A stretch of DNA of 64,000 bases from Escherichia coli. Lineage in GTDB: Bacteria > Pseudomonadota > Gammaproteobacteria > Enterobacterales > Enterobacteriaceae. Position numbers and translations under genes: made by a program. Where the stretch lies: NCBI RefSeq assembly GCF_003991155.1, contig NZ_CP031293.1; one strand, given 5' to 3'. Below, one piece after another: positions 1 to 15,014 of this stretch. Position 1 is the first letter of the stretch. Every line of letters begins with the position of its first letter. Below the pieces are notes generated by a model. It did no database searches, was not told the DNA's origin, and was given only the letters and a program-made list of their open reading frames with translations.

Positions 1-1292
1 ACGTCGCCGTTTTCCAGCGTGACTTTCGGCTGAATAAACATCTTGCCGACCGGAGAGTGCTTCGCTTCGCCCTCACGCACCAGCGCACCGCCGTAATATT
101 GCGGCATCGGCTTGAAGCGCATTTCAAGGAAGTAGCGTTTTACTGGCGGCAGATAATTCAACAGCCAGGAAACGCCGTCACGTAATGTACCCTGCCAGCG
201 TTTCGGCGGAGCCAGCACGTTGCCCGCCGTCACGGACAGGTCAATCATCGCTTTGGCGTGATCGCGACGTTCTTGTTGATAGGTATCGAGCAGCGCATCG
301 CGGGCTTTCCCCTGGATAACCAACGCCAGTTTCCATGCGAGGTTAAAGGCGTCGCGCATACCACTGTTATAGCCCTGCCCCTGCCACACCGGCATGATGT
401 GTGCGGCATCGCCCGCCAGCAGTACGCGATCAATACGAAAACGTTGCGCCAGTCGCGCGTTGTGGGTGTAGACACGCTGGCGAATCAATTCAACATTGTC
501 CGGATTAGGCAGCACTTTGCTTAACAGCTTGCGCATATTTTGCGGCTCACGCAGCTGTTCTTCGGTTTCTCCCGGCATCACCATAAATTCAAAGCGACGT
601 ACCGCATGAGGCAGCGCGGCAGAAACATACGGGCGCACCGGATCACAACACAAATAGATATGCGGCGTACTTAACGGATCGTTGGCGATATCTACCACAA
701 TCCACTGATTTGGCGCAGTTTTACCTTCAAACGGCACATTCAGGGTGCGACGGACAAAACTTGCCCCACCATCACAGGCCACCAGCCACTGGGCTTTGAC
801 CGTTTCCCGCTGCCCTTCTTCCGTTTTTAGGTGCAAGGTCACTTCGTCATCTTGCTGGCTGAAGGCCTCCAGCTCGCGGGAAAACAGGCAGCGCACATTC
901 GGAAAACGCGACAATCCTTCCAGCATCACCGCATCGACCTGAGGCTGAATAAAGGCGTTACGGCGCGGCCAGCCAAATTCATCGGTCATTGGCTGAATAT
1001 CAGCAAAACAGCGACCTTTTGGGGTGAGAAAACGCATCGCGTGCCACGGCGTAGTGTGCGGCAGAACATTATCGACCAGGCCAACCGACTGCATGGTGCG
1101 CAGCGCCTCGTCATCAATACCAATCGCACGCGGGTAGTCGATCAACTTATCGAGTTTCTCCACCACCAGCACGTCAATGCCCATCTGGCCGAGATAGTTC
1201 GCCATCATCAGCCCGACCGGACCGGCACCAGCGATCGCCACCTGAACGCTATGGTTAACAGCAGGCTGGATGTCAGGGTGTTGTATTGCCAT
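1..1292 (-). CDS. mhpA: 3-(3-hydroxyphenyl)propionate hydroxylase, 5' part of gene (C-terminus lies beyond window start)
   Basis: Reverse-strand translation from ATG at 1292..1290 gives [46 protein letters not shown] with an FAD-binding GxGxxG motif; divergent from mhpR as in E. coli. The plus-strand ORFs in the track (258..524, 831..1358) are antisense artefacts. Confidence 0.85.
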
Positions 1293-1433
1293 TTCAGTAC
1301 CTCACGACTCGGACAAAATGCCGTTGCGCGCACAGTACAGCGCAACTTGTTTTGTTAAAAACATGTAAATGATTTTTTATTGTGCGCTCAGTATAGGAAG
1401 GGTGTTTTCGGCTACAATCAAAACATGCCCGAA

Positions 1434-1450
1434 TGTGCACCAGGTGCACA
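1434..1450. promoter_or_regulatory. 17-bp perfect palindrome TGTGCACCAGGTGCACA in the mhpR-mhpA divergent region; probable MhpR operator
   Basis: Palindrome read directly from the sequence; position between the IclR-type regulator and its target operon. Assignment to MhpR is from memory of the mhp promoter literature. Confidence 0.55.
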
Positions 1451-1482
1451 ACGTTGTTTTAACTATATAAATGTCAATTAAT

Positions 1483-2316
1483 ATGCAGAACAATGAGCAG
1501 ACGGAATACAAAACCGTGCGCGGCTTAACCCGCGGTCTAATGTTATTAAATATGTTAAATAAACTTGACGGCGGTGCCAGCGTCGGGCTGCTGGCGGAAC
1601 TCAGCGGCCTGCATCGCACCACTGTGCGGCGACTGCTGGAGACGCTGCAGGAAGAGGGATATGTCCGGCGTAGTCCCTCCGATGATAGTTTCCGTTTGAC
1701 CATCAAAGTGCGGCAATTAAGCGAAGGATTTCGTGACGAACAGTGGATTTCTGCACTGGCTGCCCCACTGCTGGGCGATCTGTTGCGCGAAGTGGTATGG
1801 CCGACAGATGTGTCCACGCTGGATGTTGATGCAATGGTGGTACGCGAAACCACCCATCGTTTCAGCCGATTATCCTTTCACCGGGCAATGGTCGGGCGAC
1901 GGTTACCGCTTCTGAAAACCGCCTCGGGCCTGACCTGGCTGGCCTTTTGCCCGGAACAAGAACGCAAGGAATTAATCGAGATGTTAGCCTCCCGCCCCGG
2001 TGATGACTATCAACTGGCACGAGAACCGTTAAAGCTGGAAGCCATTCTGGCGCGCGCGCGCAAAGAGGGGTACGGACAGAACTACCGCGGCTGGGATCAG
2101 GAGGAGAAGATCGCCTCTATCGCCGTACCGCTGCGCAGTGAACAACGGGTGATTGGCTGTCTGAATCTGGTGTATATGGCGAGCGCAATGACCATCGAAC
2201 AGGCAGCGGAAAAGCATCTTCCGGCGCTGCAACGGGTGGCAAAACAGATCGAAGAAGGGGTTGAATCGCAGGCTATTCTGGTAGCGGGAAGGCGAAGCGG
2301 CGTGCATTTACGCTGA
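1483..2316 (+). CDS. mhpR: IclR-family transcriptional activator of the mhp operon
   Basis: ORF 1471..2316; second in-frame ATG at 1483 gives MQNNEQTEYKTVRGLTRG and the 277-aa length I recall for MhpR; IclR-type N-terminal HTH. Confidence 0.9.
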   Translation: MQNNEQTEYKTVRGLTRGLMLLNMLNKLDGGASVGLLAELSGLHRTTVRRLLETLQEEGYVRRSPSDDSFRLTIKVRQLSEGFRDEQWISALAAPLLGDLLREVVWPTDVSTLDVDAMVVRETTHRFSRLSFHRAMVGRRLPLLKTASGLTWLAFCPEQERKELIEMLASRPGDDYQLAREPLKLEAILARARKEGYGQNYRGWDQEEKIASIAVPLRSEQRVIGCLNLVYMASAMTIEQAAEKHLPALQRVAKQIEEGVESQAILVAGRRSGVHLR

Positions 2317-2392
2317 CACCATCGAATGGCGCAAAACCTTTCGTGGTATGGCATGATAGCGCCCGGAAGAGAGTCAATTCAGGGTGGTGAAT

Positions 2393-3475
2393 GTGAAACC
2401 AGTAACGCTATACGATGTCGCAGAGTATGCCGGTGTCTCTTATCAGACCGTTTCCCGCGTGGTGAACCAGGCCAGCCACGTTTCTGCGAAAACGCGGGAA
2501 AAAGTGGAAGCGGCGATGGCGGAGCTGAATTACATTCCCAACCGCGTGGCACAACAACTGGCAGGCAAACAGTCGTTGCTGATTGGCGTTGCCACCTCCA
2601 GTCTGGCCCTGCACGCGCCGTCGCAAATTGTCGCGGCGATTAAATCTCGCGCCGATCAACTGGGTGCCAGCGTGGTGGTGTCGATGGTAGAACGAAGCGG
2701 CGTCGAAGCCTGTAAAGCGGCGGTGCACAATCTTCTCGCGCAACGCGTCAGTGGGCTGATCATTAACTATCCGCTGGATGACCAGGATGCCATTGCTGTG
2801 GAAGCTGCCTGCGCTAATGTTCCGGCGTTATTTCTTGATGTCTCTGACCAGACACCCATCAACAGTATTATTTTCTCCCATGAAGACGGTACGCGACTGG
2901 GCGTGGAGCATCTGGTCGCATTGGGTCACCAGCAAATCGCGCTGTTAGCAGGTCCATTAAGTTCTGTCTCGGCGCGTCTGCGTCTGGCGGGCTGGCATAA
3001 ATATCTCACACGCAATCAAATTCAGCCGATAGCGGAACGGGAAGGCGACTGGAGTGCCATGTCCGGTTTTCAACAAACCATGCAAATGCTGAATGAGGGC
3101 ATCGTCCCCACTGCGATGCTGGTTGCCAACGATCAGATGGCGCTGGGCGCAATGCGCGCCATTACCGAGTCCGGGCTGCGCGTTGGTGCGGATATCTCGG
3201 TAGTGGGATACGACGATACCGAAGACAGCTCGTGTTATATCCCGCCGTTAACCACCATCAAACAGGATTTTCGCCTGCTGGGGCAAACCAGCGTGGACCG
3301 CTTGCTGCAACTCTCTCAGGGCCAGGCGGTGAAGAGCAATCAGCTGTTGCCCGTCTCACTGGTGAAAAGAAAAACCACCCTTCCGCCCAATACGCAAACC
3401 GCTTCTCCCCAGGCGTTGGCAGATTCTTTAATGCAGCTGGCGCGACAAATTTCCCGACTGGAAAGCGGGCAGTGA
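2393..3475 (+). CDS. lacI: lactose operon repressor LacI
   Basis: GTG start at 2393 gives (M)KPVTLYDVAEYAGVSYQTVSRVVN (LacI HTH) and 360 aa; C-terminus ...ARQISRLESGQ. A few substitutions versus the K-12 sequence as I recall it. Confidence 0.97.
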   Translation: MKPVTLYDVAEYAGVSYQTVSRVVNQASHVSAKTREKVEAAMAELNYIPNRVAQQLAGKQSLLIGVATSSLALHAPSQIVAAIKSRADQLGASVVVSMVERSGVEACKAAVHNLLAQRVSGLIINYPLDDQDAIAVEAACANVPALFLDVSDQTPINSIIFSHEDGTRLGVEHLVALGHQQIALLAGPLSSVSARLRLAGWHKYLTRNQIQPIAEREGDWSAMSGFQQTMQMLNEGIVPTAMLVANDQMALGAMRAITESGLRVGADISVVGYDDTEDSSCYIPPLTTIKQDFRLLGQTSVDRLLQLSQGQAVKSNQLLPVSLVKRKTTLPPNTQTASPQALADSLMQLARQISRLESGQ

Positions 3476-3488
3476 GCGCAACGCAATT
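3468..3488. promoter_or_regulatory. lac auxiliary operator O3
   Basis: GGCAGTGAGCGCAACGCAATT overlapping the lacI 3' end, matching the O3 sequence. Confidence 0.8.
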
Positions 3489-3509
3489 AATGTGAGTCAG
3501 CTCACTCAT
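3488..3509. promoter_or_regulatory. CRP (CAP) binding site of the lac promoter
   Basis: TGTGAGTCAGCTCACT, i.e. TGTGA-N6-TCACT, upstream of the -35 element. Confidence 0.85.
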
Positions 3510-3523
3510 TAGGCACCCCAGGC

Positions 3524-3553
3524 TTTACACTTTATGCGTCCGGCTCGTATGTT
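3524..3553 (+). promoter_or_regulatory. lac promoter, -35 TTTACA (3524..3529) and -10 TATGTT (3548..3553), 18-bp spacer
   Basis: Canonical lacP hexamers and spacing read directly from the sequence. Confidence 0.9.
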
Positions 3554-3559
3554 GTGTGG

Positions 3560-6672
<3,113 letters not shown>

Positions 6673-6678
6673 TAATAA

Positions 6679-7977
<1,299 letters not shown>

Positions 7978-8042
7978 GCAATCAATGTCGGATGCGGCGC
8001 GAGCGCCTTATCCGACCAACATATCAGGGCGGAATGATCGCA

Positions 8043-8654
8043 ATGAACATGTCGATGACAGAAAGAATAAAAGCAGGCAAGCTATTTACCGATATGTGCG
8101 AAGGCTTACCTGAAAAAAGACTTCGTGGGAAAACGTTAATGTATGAGTTTAATCACTCGCATCCATCAGAAGTTGATAAAAGAGAAAGCCTGATTAAAGA
8201 AATGTTTGCCACGGTAGGGGAAAACGCCTGGGTAGAACCCCCCGTCTATTTCTCTTACGGTTCCAACATCCATATAGGCCGCAATTTTTATGCAAATTTC
8301 AATTTAACCATTGTCGACGACTACACGGTAACGATCGGTGATAACGTATTGATTGCACCCAACGTTACTCTTTCCGTTACGGGACACCCGGTACACCATG
8401 AATTGAGAAAAAACGGAGAGATGTACTCTTTTCCGATAACGATTGGCAATAACGTCTGGATCGGAAGTCATGTGGTCATTAATCCAGGCGTCACCATCGG
8501 GGATAATTCTGTTATTGGCGCGGGTAGTGTCGTCATAAAAGACATTCCACCAAACGTCGTGGCTGCTGGCGTTCCTTGCCGGGTTATTCGCGAAATAAAC
8601 GACCGGGATAAGCAATATTATTTCAGAGATTACAAAGTTGAATCGTCAGTTTAA
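8043..8654 (+). CDS. lacA: galactoside O-acetyltransferase
   Basis: ORF 7992..8654; in-frame ATG at 8043 gives MNMSMTERI and 203 aa; hexapeptide-repeat acyltransferase region (IGDNVLIAPNV..., IGNNVWIGSHVVINPGVTIGDNSVIGAGS). Confidence 0.95.
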   Translation: MNMSMTERIKAGKLFTDMCEGLPEKRLRGKTLMYEFNHSHPSEVDKRESLIKEMFATVGENAWVEPPVYFSYGSNIHIGRNFYANFNLTIVDDYTVTIGDNVLIAPNVTLSVTGHPVHHELRKNGEMYSFPITIGNNVWIGSHVVINPGVTIGDNSVIGAGSVVIKDIPPNVVAAGVPCRVIREINDRDKQYYFRDYKVESSV

Positions 8655-8666
8655 ATTATAAAAATT

Positions 8667-8728
8667 GCCTGATGCGCTTCGCTTATCAGGCCTACAAGTT
8701 CAGTGATCTACGTAGGCCGCATCCGGCG
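8667..8728. repeat. REP (repetitive extragenic palindromic) element pair between convergent lacA and cynX
   Basis: GCCTGATGCGCTTCGCTTATCAGGCCTAC ... GTAGGCCGCATCCGGCG: inverted REP units with the typical GCC(G/T)GATGCG core. Confidence 0.7.
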
Positions 8729-8756
8729 TGAACAAAGCGCAGGAACAAGCGTCGCA

Positions 8757-9911
8757 TCATGCCTCTTTGACCCACAGCTGCGGAAAACGTGCTGGTGCAA
8801 AACGCAGGGTTATGATCATCAGCCCAACGACGCACAGCACATGAAACGCCCAGTCCATCAAGTAATTGCCACTGATACTACGCAGCACACCAGAAAACCA
8901 GGGAGCAAGCCCGGCGATGATAAAACCGCTCCCCTGCATAAACGCCACCAGTTTGCCAGCAATAGCCGGTTGCGCAGAGTGATCGAGCGCCAGCAGCAAA
9001 CAGAGCGGAAATGCGCCGCCCAGACCTAAACCACACACCATCGCCCAGAAGACCGGCAATTGCAGCGGCAGCCAGATAAAGCCGCAGAAACCCACCAGTT
9101 GTAACGCCAGCGCCAGCATCAAAAGTTTGCGCCGATCCTGATGGCGAGCCATAGCAGGCATCAGCAATGCCCCTGCAGCTTGCCCAAGCGTCATCAACGC
9201 CAGCAAGGAACCGCTGTACTGCGCGCTGGCACCAATCTCAATATAGAAAGCGGGTAACCAGGCAATCAGGCTGGCGTAACCACCGTTAATCAGACCGAAG
9301 TAAACACCCAGCGTCCACGCGCGGGGAGTGAATACCACGCGAACCGGAGTGGTTGTTGTCTTGTGAGAAGAGGCGACCTCGCGGGCGCTTTGCCACCACC
9401 AGGCAAAGAGCGCAACAACGGCAGGCAGCGCCCACCAGGCGAGTGTTTGATACCAGGTTTCGCTATGTTGAACTAACCAGGGCGTAATGGCGGCACCAAG
9501 TCCACCGCCGCCCATCAGAGCCGCGGACCACAGCCCCATCACCAGTGGCGTACGGTGCTGAAACCGCCGCTTAATTACCGAAGGCATCACTGCCTGAATG
9601 ATGCCGATCCCCACTCCACCAAGCAGTGCGCTGCTAAGCAACAGCGCACTTTGGGGGTAAAGCTCACGCATCAATGCACCGACGGCAATCAGTAACAAAC
9701 TGATGGCGACGCTGCGACGTTCGCTGACATGCTGATGAAGCCAGCTTCCGGCCAGCGCCAGCCCGCCCATGGTAACCACCGGCAGAGCGGTCAACAGGGC
9801 AGCCACGCTAAAGCTCATTCCGCTTGCCTGGCGCAATTGCGGTAGCAGTGGCCCGACGGAGGTGAGCAGTGGTCGCATATTAAGACCAATCAGCACCAGA
9901 ACCAGCAGCAT
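8757..9911 (-). CDS. cynX: cyanate transporter (MFS)
   Basis: ORF 8757..9938; start placed at the ATG giving MLLVLVLIGLNMRPLLTSVGP (384 aa); membrane protein directly downstream of cynS in the cynTSX operon. Confidence 0.9.
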   Translation of the reverse strand: MLLVLVLIGLNMRPLLTSVGPLLPQLRQASGMSFSVAALLTALPVVTMGGLALAGSWLHQHVSERRSVAISLLLIAVGALMRELYPQSALLLSSALLGGVGIGIIQAVMPSVIKRRFQHRTPLVMGLWSAALMGGGGLGAAITPWLVQHSETWYQTLAWWALPAVVALFAWWWQSAREVASSHKTTTTPVRVVFTPRAWTLGVYFGLINGGYASLIAWLPAFYIEIGASAQYSGSLLALMTLGQAAGALLMPAMARHQDRRKLLMLALALQLVGFCGFIWLPLQLPVFWAMVCGLGLGGAFPLCLLLALDHSAQPAIAGKLVAFMQGSGFIIAGLAPWFSGVLRSISGNYLMDWAFHVLCVVGLMIITLRFAPARFPQLWVKEA

Positions 9912-9943
9912 CGTGAACGTCTTTTGATGGTTACGCATGGCTG

Positions 9944-10432
<489 letters not shown>

Positions 10433-10444
10433 TTAAAAATAAGG

Positions 10445-11104
10445 TTACGCTGCGGTCGGTTGGCGTAGCGGTATGGCACAAACGCGAGGATTAGCGGCCA
10501 GTGGCACAAACTGGCGGGTTGCGCCGTCAAAAGCTGCGATGCTGCCGCTTGCAATGTCGTAGACCCAGCCGTGCAGGGCGATCCGCCCCTCTTCGAGCGC
10601 CAGGCGCACCGATGGATGAGTTTGCAAATTAGCCAACTGAGCAATGACGTTTTCACGTACCATCGCCGCAGCTTTTGACGGTAAATCGGGATGCGGGCGC
10701 GCCTCATTAACGACGCGGGCTGAATCGGCATAACGCAGCCAGTGGGAGACGGCAGGCATATGGTCCATGCACTGACAGCTGGCAATGGCGGTCATCGCGC
10801 CACAGTTGGAATGACCGCAAATCACAATGTCAGATACCCGAAGCGCAGCGACGGCGTACTCCACCGAAGCAGAAACGCCACCGGGTTCCGGCCCGTAGGA
10901 AGGGACGATATTGCCCGCGTTGCGAATAACGAACAGATCGCCAGGCTCACGTTGCGTCACCAGCTCAGGGACCAGACGGCTGTCGGAGCAGGAGATAAAA
11001 AGTGTGCGCGGGCTTTGCTGTGTCGCCAGCTGTTTAAACAAGGCTTCCCGCTTCGGAAATGCCTCGCGCTGGAATTTAAGGAATCCATCAATAATCTCTT
11101 TCAC
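10445..11104 (-). CDS. cynT: beta-class carbonic anhydrase
   Basis: 219 aa; beta-CA zinc-ligand motifs CSDSR and HSNCG present. Confidence 0.95.
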   Translation of the reverse strand: MKEIIDGFLKFQREAFPKREALFKQLATQQSPRTLFISCSDSRLVPELVTQREPGDLFVIRNAGNIVPSYGPEPGGVSASVEYAVAALRVSDIVICGHSNCGAMTAIASCQCMDHMPAVSHWLRYADSARVVNEARPHPDLPSKAAAMVRENVIAQLANLQTHPSVRLALEEGRIALHGWVYDIASGSIAAFDGATRQFVPLAANPRVCAIPLRQPTAA

Positions 11105-11213
11105 CGTTAACCTCTGTCTGTCTCTGGAATGAGAGGCAGACTACTCGCCGATTGTCATAAGGTAAAAGTCTCATTTATGATGAGTTCTATTGGATTTACT
11201 TATAGGTTGGCGA

Positions 11214-12113
11214 ATGCTCTCTCGACATATCAATTATTTTCTTGCCGTGGCTGAACATGGCAGCTTTACCCGTGCCGCCAGTGCGTTGCACGTCTCCCAG
11301 CCTGCGCTTTCCCAGCAGATTCGCCAGTTAGAGGAGAGTTTAGGCGTGCCGCTGTTTGACCGTAGCGGGCGAACGATTCGTCTCACTGATGCGGGAGAAG
11401 TCTGGCGACAGTACGCCAGCCGGGCGTTACAGGAACTGGGGGCGGGTAAACGGGCGATTCATGATGTTGCCGATCTGACGCGAGGATCGCTGCGTATCGC
11501 CGTCACTCCCACCTTTACAAGCTACTTTATCGGCCCTTTAATGGCGGATTTCTATGCGCGCTACCCCGGCATCACGCTCCAGCTACAGGAAATGTCGCAG
11601 GAGAAAATCGAAGATCTGCTTTGTCGCGACGAGCTGGACGTTGGGATTGCCTTCGCGCCTGCGCATTCGCCGGAGCTGGAGGCAATTCCTTTACTGACAG
11701 AAAGTTTAGCGTTAGTCGTGGCGCAACATCATCCGCTGGCTGCCTGTGAACAGGTGGCGTTGAGTCGCTTGCATGATGAAAAACTGGTCCTGCTCAGCGC
11801 GGAATTTGCCACCAGAGAGCAAATTGACCACTACTGCGAGAAAGCGGGGCTACATCCACAGGTGGTCATTGAGGCGAACTCAATTAGCGCGGTTCTGGAG
11901 CTGATTCGCCGCACTTCCCTTTCCACATTGTTGCCAGCAGCGATTGCCACACAACATGACGGGCTTAAAGCGATTTCTCTTGCCCCACCGTTACTGGAGA
12001 GAACGGCGGTTTTGTTGCGGCGGAAAAATAGCTGGCAGACAGCCGCCGCGAAGGCATTTTTACACATGGCGTTGGATAAATGCGCGGTTGTTGGCGGAAA
12101 TGAATCGCGGTAA
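11214..12113 (+). CDS. cynR: LysR-family activator of the cyn operon
   Basis: ORF 11190..12113; ATG at 11214 gives [40 protein letters not shown] (LysR HTH), 299 aa; divergent from cynT. Confidence 0.93.
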   Translation: MLSRHINYFLAVAEHGSFTRAASALHVSQPALSQQIRQLEESLGVPLFDRSGRTIRLTDAGEVWRQYASRALQELGAGKRAIHDVADLTRGSLRIAVTPTFTSYFIGPLMADFYARYPGITLQLQEMSQEKIEDLLCRDELDVGIAFAPAHSPELEAIPLLTESLALVVAQHHPLAACEQVALSRLHDEKLVLLSAEFATREQIDHYCEKAGLHPQVVIEANSISAVLELIRRTSLSTLLPAAIATQHDGLKAISLAPPLLERTAVLLRRKNSWQTAAAKAFLHMALDKCAVVGGNESR

Positions 12114-12126
12114 CCACTGACACAAT

Positions 12127-12208
12127 TGCCTGATGCGCTACGCTTATCAGGCCTACGAGTTCAGTGCTCTACGTAGGCCGGATAAGGCGTTCACGCCGCA
12201 TCCGGCAT
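12127..12208. repeat. REP element cluster between cynR and codA (convergent)
   Basis: GCCTGATGCGCTACGCTTATCAGGCCTAC ... GTAGGCCGGATAAGGCGTTCACGCCGCATCCGGCA. Confidence 0.7.
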
Positions 12209-12245
12209 AAACTACGCTCGCTTTGTCAACACACAGCCCAGCCGA

Positions 12246-13529
12246 TCACCGTTTGTAATCGATGGCTTCTGGCTGCTCCAGATATACGGTGGTTTGTGCC
12301 GGTTGTGTGCTGGCAATCACCTTGCCGCCACGTACCGAATAACGTACCGGAACCTGACGGCGCAGCGCATCAAACCCATTTTCAGCCGGCAGGATAATCA
12401 GGTTGGCGCTGTTTCCGGCGGCAATGCCGTAATCCTGCAAATTCAACGTCCTGGCACTGTGGTGGGTGATTAAATTCAGGCCATCGTTAATCTGCCCGTA
12501 GCCCATCAGCTGGCAAACATGCAGCCCCATATGCAGCACTTGCAGCATATTCGCCGTTCCCAGCGGATACCACGGATCGAAGACATCATCGTGACCAAAG
12601 CAGACGTTAATGCCGGACTCCAGCATCTCTTTAACGCGCGTGATGCCGCGACGTTTTGGATAGGTATCGAAACGTCCTTGCAGATGGATATTGACCAGCG
12701 GGTTGGCGACAAAGTTAATACCGGACATTTTCAGCAAGCGGAACAGGCGCGAGGTATACGCCCCGTTATAGGAGTGCATTGCCGTAGTGTGGCTGGCGCT
12801 GACTCGCGCGCCCATGCCTTCACGGTGCGCCAGGGCGGCAACGGTTTCAACAAAGCGCGACTGTTCGTCATCAATCTCATCACAGTGAACATCGATGAGA
12901 CGGTCGTATTTTTGCGCCAGGGCGAAGGTTTTATGCAGCGACTCCACGCCATATTCACGGGTAAATTCAAAATGCGGAATCGCCCCCACTACGTCTGCCC
13001 CTAAGCGTAACGCCTCTTCCAGCAACGCTTCACCGTTGGGATACGACAAAATCCCTTCCTGCGGGAAGGCGACGATTTGCAGATCAATCCACGGCGCAAC
13101 TTCCTGTTTCACTTCCAGCATCGCTTTCAACGCAGTCAGCGTTGCGTCGGAGACATCGACATGGGTACGCACATGCTGAATGCCGTTGGCAATCTGCCAT
13201 TTCAGCGTTTGCCAGGCGCGTTGTTTCACATCGTCATGGGTTAATAACGCTTTGCGCTCGGCCCAGCGTTCAATGCCTTCAAACAGCGTGCCGGACTGAT
13301 TCCAGTTCGGTTGTCCTGCGGTTTGCGTGGTGTCCAGGTGAATATGCGGCTCCACAAACGGCGGTATAACTAAACCTTGTTCGGCATCCAGGCTGTTTTC
13401 AGTTATGGGCATCACGCCGGATTGCGCATCAATGGCGCTGATTTTTCCGTCCTGCAGATAAATCTGCCACAGCCCCTCTTTGCCAGGTAACCGGGCGTTA
13501 ATAATTGTTTGTAAAGCGTTATTCGACAC
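12246..13529 (-). CDS. codA: cytosine deaminase
   Basis: ORF 12246..13544; GTG at 13529 gives (M)[15 protein letters not shown], 427 aa; amidohydrolase metal-binding HIHLD motif. Confidence 0.95.
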   Translation of the reverse strand: MSNNALQTIINARLPGKEGLWQIYLQDGKISAIDAQSGVMPITENSLDAEQGLVIPPFVEPHIHLDTTQTAGQPNWNQSGTLFEGIERWAERKALLTHDDVKQRAWQTLKWQIANGIQHVRTHVDVSDATLTALKAMLEVKQEVAPWIDLQIVAFPQEGILSYPNGEALLEEALRLGADVVGAIPHFEFTREYGVESLHKTFALAQKYDRLIDVHCDEIDDEQSRFVETVAALAHREGMGARVSASHTTAMHSYNGAYTSRLFRLLKMSGINFVANPLVNIHLQGRFDTYPKRRGITRVKEMLESGINVCFGHDDVFDPWYPLGTANMLQVLHMGLHVCQLMGYGQINDGLNLITHHSARTLNLQDYGIAAGNSANLIILPAENGFDALRRQVPVRYSVRGGKVIASTQPAQTTVYLEQPEAIDYKR

Positions 13530-14778
13530 TGTTAGCCTCCACATGCGTCATTGCTGCTGTCGTTTTACGATTCAAAATCGGGTTAAGGATCAGATAGCTC
13601 AGCGCGCCACCTAATACCGCGTTGACCGGAACAATTCCCGGTAACCAGTGGCCTGCGGCAATCCCCAAGGCGACCGCCAGAATCGCCACCCAATTGACAC
13701 TCATCATACGCGTGGTCGCAAAGTGCTCATAGCGGCGACGGTTCATCAGATAGTCAGCGATGATCACGCCCCCTACCGGAGGAATAGCTGCCGAAAGGAA
13801 GGTCAGCCAGCCGACAAAATTGTTATACAGCCATAATGCGCAGACCGTACCGATAATACCGTTGATTACCGAAAGGGTTTTGCTCGACATCCCGGTAATG
13901 TTGGCGAAACCTAAGCCCGACGCATAGAGCGCGTTATCGTTGGTGGTCCAGATATTCAGCCCCAGCACCACAATCGCAGGCAGCAGCAGACCCTGAGCAA
14001 TCATCACATCAGAGATATCCGCCATCCCCAGTGCCGCCGCGCCCGCTGCACCGAAAATAAACATCAACGAGTTGCCGAGGAAAAAGGCCACCATCGCCAC
14101 CAGCACCGCCAGTTTGGCATTACGACCAAACCGGACAAAGTCAGCGGTGAGCGTGCCCGCACTGATAAATGACCCCACAACCAGCGCCAGCGCGACATTG
14201 AAATCTAACGGTTGTGCGGGAACGACCGCTTTTAATGCGTCCAGGCCGCCCATGCCGTTAACGGCCAACCACACGGAATAACCGCCAAGACAGGCGATAG
14301 CCGGAACTGCAATCACCGAAAGAACCGTCAGCGCCGAAATGCCAAAGAAGACGGTTACGGTCATCAGTAAACCGGAAACGGCAATCAGCAAATTAATATC
14401 CAGCCCGGTTGCCTTGCCCACCGGAATAGCAAACATCGCCACGCCAACGCCAAACCAGCCAACCTGAGTTCCGCCCAGTAGCAGTGAAGGCAGCCATGAG
14501 CCTTTAACACCAAAAGAGAAGCGAGCAAGAAGATGAGTGGTCAGGCCGGTTTTTGCGCCAATGTAACCAAGAAATGAAGTGTAAATACCGAGGAGAAGAT
14601 TACCGATGAGGACTGCGAGGAAGAAATCATGATAGCTAAGACCGGTTCCGAGAGTGCCGCCGGTCCACATACTGGCGGAAAAGAAGGTTAATCCCAGCAT
14701 GACGAACGTCAATGCCAACACCCCTTTCCGCGCCGACTGCGGGACTGGCCCCTGGCTAAAGTTGTTATCTTGCGACAC
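13519..14778 (-). CDS. codB: cytosine permease (NCS1 family)
   Basis: 419-aa polytopic membrane [32 protein letters not shown]; its stop overlaps the codA start by 11 nt. Confidence 0.95.
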   Translation of the reverse strand: MSQDNNFSQGPVPQSARKGVLALTFVMLGLTFFSASMWTGGTLGTGLSYHDFFLAVLIGNLLLGIYTSFLGYIGAKTGLTTHLLARFSFGVKGSWLPSLLLGGTQVGWFGVGVAMFAIPVGKATGLDINLLIAVSGLLMTVTVFFGISALTVLSVIAVPAIACLGGYSVWLAVNGMGGLDALKAVVPAQPLDFNVALALVVGSFISAGTLTADFVRFGRNAKLAVLVAMVAFFLGNSLMFIFGAAGAAALGMADISDVMIAQGLLLPAIVVLGLNIWTTNDNALYASGLGFANITGMSSKTLSVINGIIGTVCALWLYNNFVGWLTFLSAAIPPVGGVIIADYLMNRRRYEHFATTRMMSVNWVAILAVALGIAAGHWLPGIVPVNAVLGGALSYLILNPILNRKTTAAMTHVEANSVE

Positions 14779-14954
14779 GAAATTCCCCCTTTTTGCTGTT
14801 TGAAACCCAAAAAATCCGCCGCATTCTATTCATCTGAAGATAAAAAGCAATCGTTTTCGTGGGGAAATATATTTTTTATATGAATGAGTGCAAAAAGGTG
14901 GGGGAAAAATTATCGGTGTAAAAACAGTGGGTAGGCATAATAAGACGCGGTAAA

Positions 14955-15008
14955 CGTCGCATCAGGCATCGGCGCATGGTGTCGGATGCGCCAGGCGACG
15001 CATCCGAC
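14955..15008. repeat. REP element between codB and prpE
   Basis: CGTCGCATCAGGCATCGGCGCATGGTGTCGGATGCGCCAGGCGACGCATCCGACA. Confidence 0.65.
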
Positions 15009-15014
15009 AATAAC

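Noticed and set aside
258-1358. Plus-strand ORFs 258..524 and 831..1358 in the ORF track
   Set aside because: They lie antisense to the mhpA coding sequence, which gives a clear FAD-monooxygenase N-terminus on the minus strand; no RBS or motifs.
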